NCBI GenBank assembly: GCA_036382875.1
Contig: DASVPJ010000033.1
Location: forward strand, 1,660-65,659
Direction of reading: 5' to 3'
DNA: 64,000 nt
From: Mycobacteriales bacterium
Lineage (GTDB): Bacteria > Actinomycetota > Actinomycetes > BP-191
The position numbers and the translations under genes were made by a program. A model generated the notes under the pieces. It was not told the DNA's origin, ran no database searches, and was given only the letters and a program-made list of their open reading frames with translations. Positions within the stretch are counted from its first letter, which is position 1. Every line of letters begins with the position of its first letter. Shown piece by piece: positions 59,104 to 64,000 of this stretch.

Positions 59104-59843
59104 AAGCCGCCCCCGAGTCCCAGCTCCGGCTGCTCGACCTCCAGGAGATCGACACGGCGCTCGACCGGCTCGCGCACCGGAGGCGCACGTTGCCCGAGCT
59201 GGCGGACATCGAGAAGCACGAGGCGCGGCTCACCGAGCTGCGCGACCTCGTCGTCGCGGCCGAGACCGAGCTGTCCGACGTCGACCGCGAGCAGCGCAAG
59301 ATCGAGAACGACGTCGACGTCGTGCGCACCCGGATGACCCGCGACCAGCAGCGGCTCGACGCGGGCAACGTCTCGCACGCCAAGGAGCTCGAGTCGTTGC
59401 GGCACGAGCTCGAGTCGCTCGCCAAGCGGCAGGGCGACCTCGAGGACCTCGTCCTCGAGCAGATGGAACGCCGCGAGGGCATCGAGTCGACGCTCGCCGG
59501 GCTCACCGCCGAACGCTCGTCGGTCGAGGCCGAGCTGGCCGCCGCGTCGGCGCGGCGGGACGAGGCGTTCGCGTCGATCGACGCCGACACCGGGTCGCGG
59601 CGCGCGGCCCGCGAGGCGGTGGCCGCGGAGATCCCGGCCGACCTGCTCGCGCTGTACGAGAAGGTCCGCGCGTCGGCCGGCGGCACCGGCGCGGCGCCGT
59701 TGCTGCGCGGGCAGTGCCAGGGGTGCCGGCTGTCGTTGCCGCCGAACGACCTGGCGGCGTTCCGCGCGGCTCCCGAGGACGAGGTGCTGCGCTGCGAGGA
59801 GTGCCGCCGCATCCTCGTGCGCCGGCCGGACAGCGGCCTGTAG
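59100..59843 (+). CDS. Coiled-coil protein with C-terminal C4 zinc ribbon (DUF164/zf-RING_7, Rv2229c-like)
   Basis: GTG at 59100 overlaps the nif3 stop. LRLLDLQEIDTALDRL, a long coiled coil, then CQGCRLSL...CEECRRIL. Confidence 0.85.
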   Translation: MKAAPESQLRLLDLQEIDTALDRLAHRRRTLPELADIEKHEARLTELRDLVVAAETELSDVDREQRKIENDVDVVRTRMTRDQQRLDAGNVSHAKELESLRHELESLAKRQGDLEDLVLEQMERREGIESTLAGLTAERSSVEAELAAASARRDEAFASIDADTGSRRAAREAVAAEIPADLLALYEKVRASAGGTGAAPLLRGQCQGCRLSLPPNDLAAFRAAPEDEVLRCEECRRILVRRPDSGL

Positions 59844-60965
59844 GTGCGCGTCGTCGTCGAGGCCGACGGCGGCTCGCGGGGCAACCCCGGCCCGGCCGGC
59901 TACGGCGCCGTCGTGCGCGACGCCGAGACCGGCGAGGTGCTCGCCGAGGTGGCCGAGGGGATCGGCGTCGCGAGCAACAACGTCGCCGAGTACCGCGGCC
60001 TCATCGCCGGCCTGCGCGCGGCCGCGGCGTTGCCCGGCGTCGACGCCGTCGAGGTCCGGATGGACTCGAAGCTCGTCGTCGAGCAGATGGCCGGGCGCTG
60101 GCAGGTCAAGCACCCGGACATGCGGACGCTGCGCCGCGAGGCGGGCGAGGTCGTCGCGCTGCTGCCGCGCGTGACGTTCACCCACATCCCGCGCGCGCTG
60201 AACGGCCACGCCGACCGCCTCGCGAACGAGGCCATGGACGCGGCCGCGCGCGGCGCGACCTGGTCGCGGTCGGCGCCCGCCGCCGCGCCCGCCGCCGCGC
60301 CGGAGCGCGCGACCGGCTGGTCCAGCCCGGAGGGCGAGCCGACGTCGTTGCTGCTGCTGCGCCACGGCCAGACCGCGATGACGGTCGAGCGCCGGTACAG
60401 CGGCCACGGCGACCCGCCGCTGACGCCGTTCGGCACCGCCCAGGCGGCCGCCCTGGGCGACCGGGTCGCCGCGCTCGCCGGGCCGGTCGCCGCCGTCTGG
60501 GCGTCGCCGTTGCGGCGCGCGGCCGGCACCGCCGAGGCCGTCGCGGCCCGGCTCGGGCTCGACGTCCGCGTCGACGAGCGGCTGCGCGAGACGAACTTCG
60601 GCGAGTGGGAGGGGCTGACGTTCGCCGAGATCCAGGAACGCGCGCCCGACGCGTTCCGCGCCTGGCTGAACGATCCCTCCGTCCCTGCGCCGGGCGGGGA
60701 GTCGTTCGACCAGGTGGCCCGCCGGGTGCGGCAGGCGCGCGACGCGATCGTCTCCGCGCACCCCGGCGCGACCGTCGCGGTCGTGTCGCACGTCACGCCG
60801 GTCAAGGTGCTGCTGCGGCTCGCGCTCGACGCGCCGCAGGTGCTGTACCGGCTGCACCTCGACCTGTGCTCCATCACCCACGTCGACTGGTACCCCGACG
60901 GCACCGCCGTCGTCCGCCGCGTGAACGACACCGCCCACCTGGAGGCGTTGACGCCGGCGCCGTAA
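59844..60965 (+). CDS. Bifunctional RNase H / histidine phosphatase (CobC-like), Rv2228c-like
   Basis: N-terminus EADGGSRGNPGPAGYG...NNVAEYRGL (RNase HI fold). C-terminus LLLLRHGQT ... HG (phosphoglycerate-mutase-type RHG motif). Confidence 0.9.
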   Translation: MRVVVEADGGSRGNPGPAGYGAVVRDAETGEVLAEVAEGIGVASNNVAEYRGLIAGLRAAAALPGVDAVEVRMDSKLVVEQMAGRWQVKHPDMRTLRREAGEVVALLPRVTFTHIPRALNGHADRLANEAMDAAARGATWSRSAPAAAPAAAPERATGWSSPEGEPTSLLLLRHGQTAMTVERRYSGHGDPPLTPFGTAQAAALGDRVAALAGPVAAVWASPLRRAAGTAEAVAARLGLDVRVDERLRETNFGEWEGLTFAEIQERAPDAFRAWLNDPSVPAPGGESFDQVARRVRQARDAIVSAHPGATVAVVSHVTPVKVLLRLALDAPQVLYRLHLDLCSITHVDWYPDGTAVVRRVNDTAHLEALTPAP

Positions 60966-60984
60966 TATGTGACCATCGAGTCAC

Positions 60985-61704
60985 ATGAATGACGACGTCT
61001 GGCGAGCCCTCGCCGACCCGACGCGCCGCGCGCTGCTGGACCTGCTGCGCGACGCGCCGCGGACGACGGGGGAGCTCGCGGCGGCGTTCCCGGACGTGAC
61101 GCGGTTCGCCGTGATGAAGCACCTGGCGGTGCTCTCGGAGGCGGGCTTGGTCGTGGTCCGGCGGCGCGGCCGCGAGCGCTGGAACCACCTCAACGCCGTG
61201 CCGTTGCGGCAGGCGTACGAACGCTGGATGGCGCCGTTCGCCGAGCGGGCCGCCATGACGTCGTTGCGGCTCAAGGACTTCGTGGAGGGTCGGACGATGG
61301 AGCTGGACGTGGCGAACGAGGTCGCGATCGACGCGCCGCCGGAGCGGGTGTTCGACGCGCTGACGCGGATGGGGGAGTGGTGGCCGCACCGGTTCCGCGA
61401 GGGCGCCGCCGTCGTGCTGGAGCCGCGGGTGGGCGGGCGGTTCTACGAGGACTGGGGCGGCGGCGACGGCGCGCTCTACGCGACCGTCCAGCGCCTGGAG
61501 CGCCCCTCGCGGATCGAGATGGTGGGGCCGATGGGGATGCCCGGACCGGTGACCGCCGTCTGGTCGATGACGCTCACGCCGACCGGCTCGGGCACCACGC
61601 TCGGGCTGTCGCACCGGGCGTTCGGCGACATCGACGAGGAGACGCGGGCGGGCTACACCGCCGGCTGGGGCGAGGTCGTCGAGGCGCTACGGTCGGCGCT
61701 GTGA
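60985..61704 (+). CDS. ArsR-family wHTH fused to SRPBCC (AHSA1/START-like) domain
   Basis: ALADPTRRALLDLLRDAPRTTGELAAAFPDVTRFAVMKHLAVLSEAGLV, followed by an Aha1-like domain (IDAPPERVFDALT...WWP). Confidence 0.85.
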   Translation: MNDDVWRALADPTRRALLDLLRDAPRTTGELAAAFPDVTRFAVMKHLAVLSEAGLVVVRRRGRERWNHLNAVPLRQAYERWMAPFAERAAMTSLRLKDFVEGRTMELDVANEVAIDAPPERVFDALTRMGEWWPHRFREGAAVVLEPRVGGRFYEDWGGGDGALYATVQRLERPSRIEMVGPMGMPGPVTAVWSMTLTPTGSGTTLGLSHRAFGDIDEETRAGYTAGWGEVVEALRSAL

Positions 61705-62486
61705 CCGTCGAGCAGCTCGTCAGCACCCTCGAAGGGACGTGGACCGGCCTCGCCGCCGCGTGCGCCGGCCTCTCCGAGGCCGAGTGGCACCTGCCGACCG
61801 ACCTGCCGGGCTGGACCGTCAAGGACAACGTCTCGCACGTCGCCGGGCTCGAACGGTTCTTCATGGGCGAGCCGTACCCCGAGCACGAGCTGCCGGCCGA
61901 GCTGCCGCACGTGCGCGACGAGGCCGGGCGGTTCATGGAGGTGCTGGTCGACGTGCGCCGGTCGTGGCCGGGCGAGCGCGTGCTGGACGACCTGCGTTCG
62001 ATGACCGCGGCCCGGCTGACCACGCTGCGCGCGCTGCCCGAGTCGGCGCTGGACGAGGAGACCGACTTCCTGTTCGGCTCGCGGTGGACGTGGCGCAACA
62101 TCCTGGAGATCCGCGTCTTCGACTCGTGGGTGCACGAGCAGGACGTGCGCCGCGCCGTGCGCCGCCCCGGCGGCCTGGACTCCGAGGCCGCGCGGGTGTC
62201 GTTGCGGCGGATGCTGCGCGGCCTGTCCCGCCTCGACTCCGATGTCCCCGCGCTGGACGGGCGGGCCGTGCTGTTCACGACGACGGGGGCGTTGGAGACC
62301 GCGTCGACCGTGACGTACGGCGCTGCTCCGGCGGACCCCGACGTCCGGGTCTCGCTCGACTGGGAGACGTTCGTCCGGCTCGTCTGCGGGCGGGTGGCGT
62401 ACGACGACGTCGCCGCCACCGTCGCGGTGTCGGGCGACGTCGCGCTGGGCGAGGAGCTGCTGCGCCACGCCGCGGTGACGCCGTAG
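61701..62486 (+). CDS. DinB/mycothiol-dependent maleylpyruvate-isomerase-like metal-binding protein (TIGR03083-like)
   Basis: GTG at 61701 overlaps the upstream stop. N-terminus W..PT.LPGWTVKDNVSHV is typical of MDMPI_N/DinB-fold proteins. Confidence 0.75.
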   Translation: MTVEQLVSTLEGTWTGLAAACAGLSEAEWHLPTDLPGWTVKDNVSHVAGLERFFMGEPYPEHELPAELPHVRDEAGRFMEVLVDVRRSWPGERVLDDLRSMTAARLTTLRALPESALDEETDFLFGSRWTWRNILEIRVFDSWVHEQDVRRAVRRPGGLDSEAARVSLRRMLRGLSRLDSDVPALDGRAVLFTTTGALETASTVTYGAAPADPDVRVSLDWETFVRLVCGRVAYDDVAATVAVSGDVALGEELLRHAAVTP

Positions 62487-62494
62487 ACTCGACC

Positions 62495-62917
62495 CGAACG
62501 AGTCGGCCGGACGGTCGCGTCGTCGCGTGAGCGGCGCCGAGGAAAGTCCGGGCTCCACAGGGCAGGGTGGTCGGTAACACCGACCCGGGGTGACCCGCGG
62601 GACAGTGCCACAGAGAACAGACCGCGTCGCCTGCTCGGCTTGCCGGGCGCGCGGCGTAAGGGTGAAACGGTGGTGTAAGAGACCACCAGCGCCCCGGGTG
62701 ACCGGGGCGGCTCGGCAAACCCCACCCGGAGCAAGGTCGAAAGGGCTCGTCGTCGGCTTCGGCCGGCGGCCGGGCCTGCGCAGGCGTTCGAGGGCGGCCC
62801 GCCCGAGCCTGCGGGTGGACCGCTAGAGGCCGTCGGCAACGCCGGCCCGAGATGGATGACCGTCGGCCCGGCGCTCGCGCCGGGTCACAGGACCCGGCTT
62901 ACAGGCCGGCTCGTTCG
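62495..62917 (+). ncRNA. rnpB: RNase P RNA, bacterial type A
   Basis: Universally conserved GAGGAAAGTCCGGGCTCCACAGGGCA, GGTAACACC, ACAGAGAACAGACCGC, GGTGAAACGGTGGTGTAAGAGACCACCAG, GGCAAACCCCACC, ACAGGACCCGGCTTA. P1 pairing is CGAACGAGTCGGCC / GGCCGGCTCGTTCG. Confidence 0.92.
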
Positions 62918-63435
62918 CCCCCCGCCGTTGTACGATTCGAACGCTGTCGCAGGTCCCGTGCGCGCCACAGGCGTCGCCTTCCGCCTGCGAATCCGCCCGG
63001 TGGGCGTGCCCATCGGTGAGCGAGTCGTGCGGGCCGTCTACCCGCAGGCTGGGGCCCGCTCAGAAGTCCTGTTGGTCATGGGCTTCTGAGGCAGGTCGGC
63101 GTGGTCTATCTCTGCGTGCTCCTGGCGTTCCTCGTCGTCGGCGGGGTGCTCGTGCTCGCCTTCTCGATGCGGCCGCGGGTGGTCCGGGTCCGGGCGTCGT
63201 TGGTGCGGGTGTTCTCGCTGAGCATCGACATCGAACGCGGGAGCGACCGGCGGGAGTGACGGGCGGGCACAACCGAGCCCGGCGCAGGCCGGAATGGCGG
63301 GCCTGCTACGGTGGTTGCACCAACGCGGCTACTGCCGCGCCCCGACCACGGCGCACGACGCGCCGGGCCCGTCGCTTGTAACCCGCTCCCGCGGATCTCC
63401 CGAGACGCGCCACCTACGTCCGAGAGGTCTGTTCC

Positions 63436-64000
63436 TTGACGCACGCCACCACGTTCTCCGACCTCGGCCTGCCCCGGCCGATCCTGACCGTTCTCGCGAA
63501 GAACGGCATGACCCACCCGTTCGCGATCCAGGCCGCGGCGATCCCCGACGCGCTCGCCGGCCGCGACGTCCTCGGCAAGGCGCAGACGGGCTCGGGCAAG
63601 ACGCTCGCGTTCGGCCTGCCGCTGCTCGCCCGCCTCGCCGGCACGCAGGCGGCGCCGAAGCGCCCCACCGGCCTCGTCCTCGTGCCGACGCGCGAGCTGG
63701 CGGGCCAGGTGCACGACGCGCTCGCGCCGTTCGCGATGGGCCTCGGCGTCCGCGTCGCGGTCGTCGTCGGCGGCGTCTCGATGGGCCGCCAGATCATGGC
63801 GCTTCGCAAGGGCGTGGACCTCGTCGTGGCGACGCCGGGCCGCCTGGAGGACCTGATCGAGCAGGGTGCCTGCGCGCTCGGCGACGTGCGGCTGGCGGTG
63901 CTGGACGAGGCCGACCACATGACCGACCTCGGCTTCCTCCCCGCGGTACGCCGCCTGCTCGGCCAGACCCGCCCCGGCGGCCAGCGGCTGCTGTTCTCGG
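63436..64000 (+). CDS. DEAD-box ATP-dependent RNA helicase, N-terminal part (3' end outside window)
   Basis: TTG start at 63436. Q motif FSDLGL...PFAIQ, motif I AQTGSGKT, Ia PTRELA, Ib/GG, motif II DEAD. The frame is open to the window end. Confidence 0.9.
   Translation, partial: MTHATTFSDLGLPRPILTVLAKNGMTHPFAIQAAAIPDALAGRDVLGKAQTGSGKTLAFGLPLLARLAGTQAAPKRPTGLVLVPTRELAGQVHDALAPFAMGLGVRVAVVVGGVSMGRQIMALRKGVDLVVATPGRLEDLIEQGACALGDVRLAVLDEADHMTDLGFLPAVRRLLGQTRPGGQRLLFS

Noticed and set aside
63101-63259. 52-codon ORF (VVYLCVLLAFLVVGGVLVLAFSMRPRVVRV...) encoding a possible one-helix membrane peptide between rnpB and the DEAD-box helicase gene
   Set aside because: It has a GTG start with a weak RBS, it is short, and there is no supporting homology that I can recall. 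It may simply lie in the long 5' leader of the helicase gene. It is not called as a feature.

Overview
This is a very GC-rich chromosomal segment (third codon positions almost all G/C) with the gene content and synteny of a high-GC Actinomycetota genome. I can support about 60 protein genes, 3 tRNAs (Asn-GTT, a CAT-anticodon Met/Ile2, Val-TAC) and RNase P RNA. The housekeeping backbone is dgt-dnaG-rpoD, a long acyl-CoA dehydrogenase, aceE, ahpE, a nif3-like / zinc-ribbon / RNase H-phosphatase block (same relative order as the Mycobacterium Rv2241..Rv2228c region), rnpB and a DEAD-box helicase. Envelope and accessory modules sit between these genes:
- Three S8 subtilases. One is membrane-anchored, and one carries a 20-unit Trp pentapeptide array.
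- A BNR-propeller/vWA anchored protein.
- A cupredoxin lipoprotein cluster.
- A GAF-PP2C plus MEDS-kinase pair.
- An ECF sigma with a BsuPI-like membrane protein and an LPXTG protein.

The best candidate for an undescribed system is 24.7-34.2 kb. It holds a 2197-aa Sec-exported Ig/cadherin-repeat plus beta-helix protein, followed in tight operon spacing by three phage-tail-collar (MdpB-like) paralogues and a GNAT. Next to these is a pair of small paralogous beta-domain proteins, one cytoplasmic and one Tat-exported. There are no phage structural, integrase or contractile-injection genes anywhere in the window.

Several non-coding repeat families are also present:
- Tandem double-palindrome units bracket a small secreted Cys protein gene.
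- A dispersed ~65-nt hairpin element donates stop codons to flanking genes.
- A perfect 21-bp inverted repeat lies between convergent genes.
- A duplicated tRNA-Val 3' end looks like an att relic.

Many very long ORFs in the supplied track are antisense shadow frames typical of high-GC DNA, and I did not call them.
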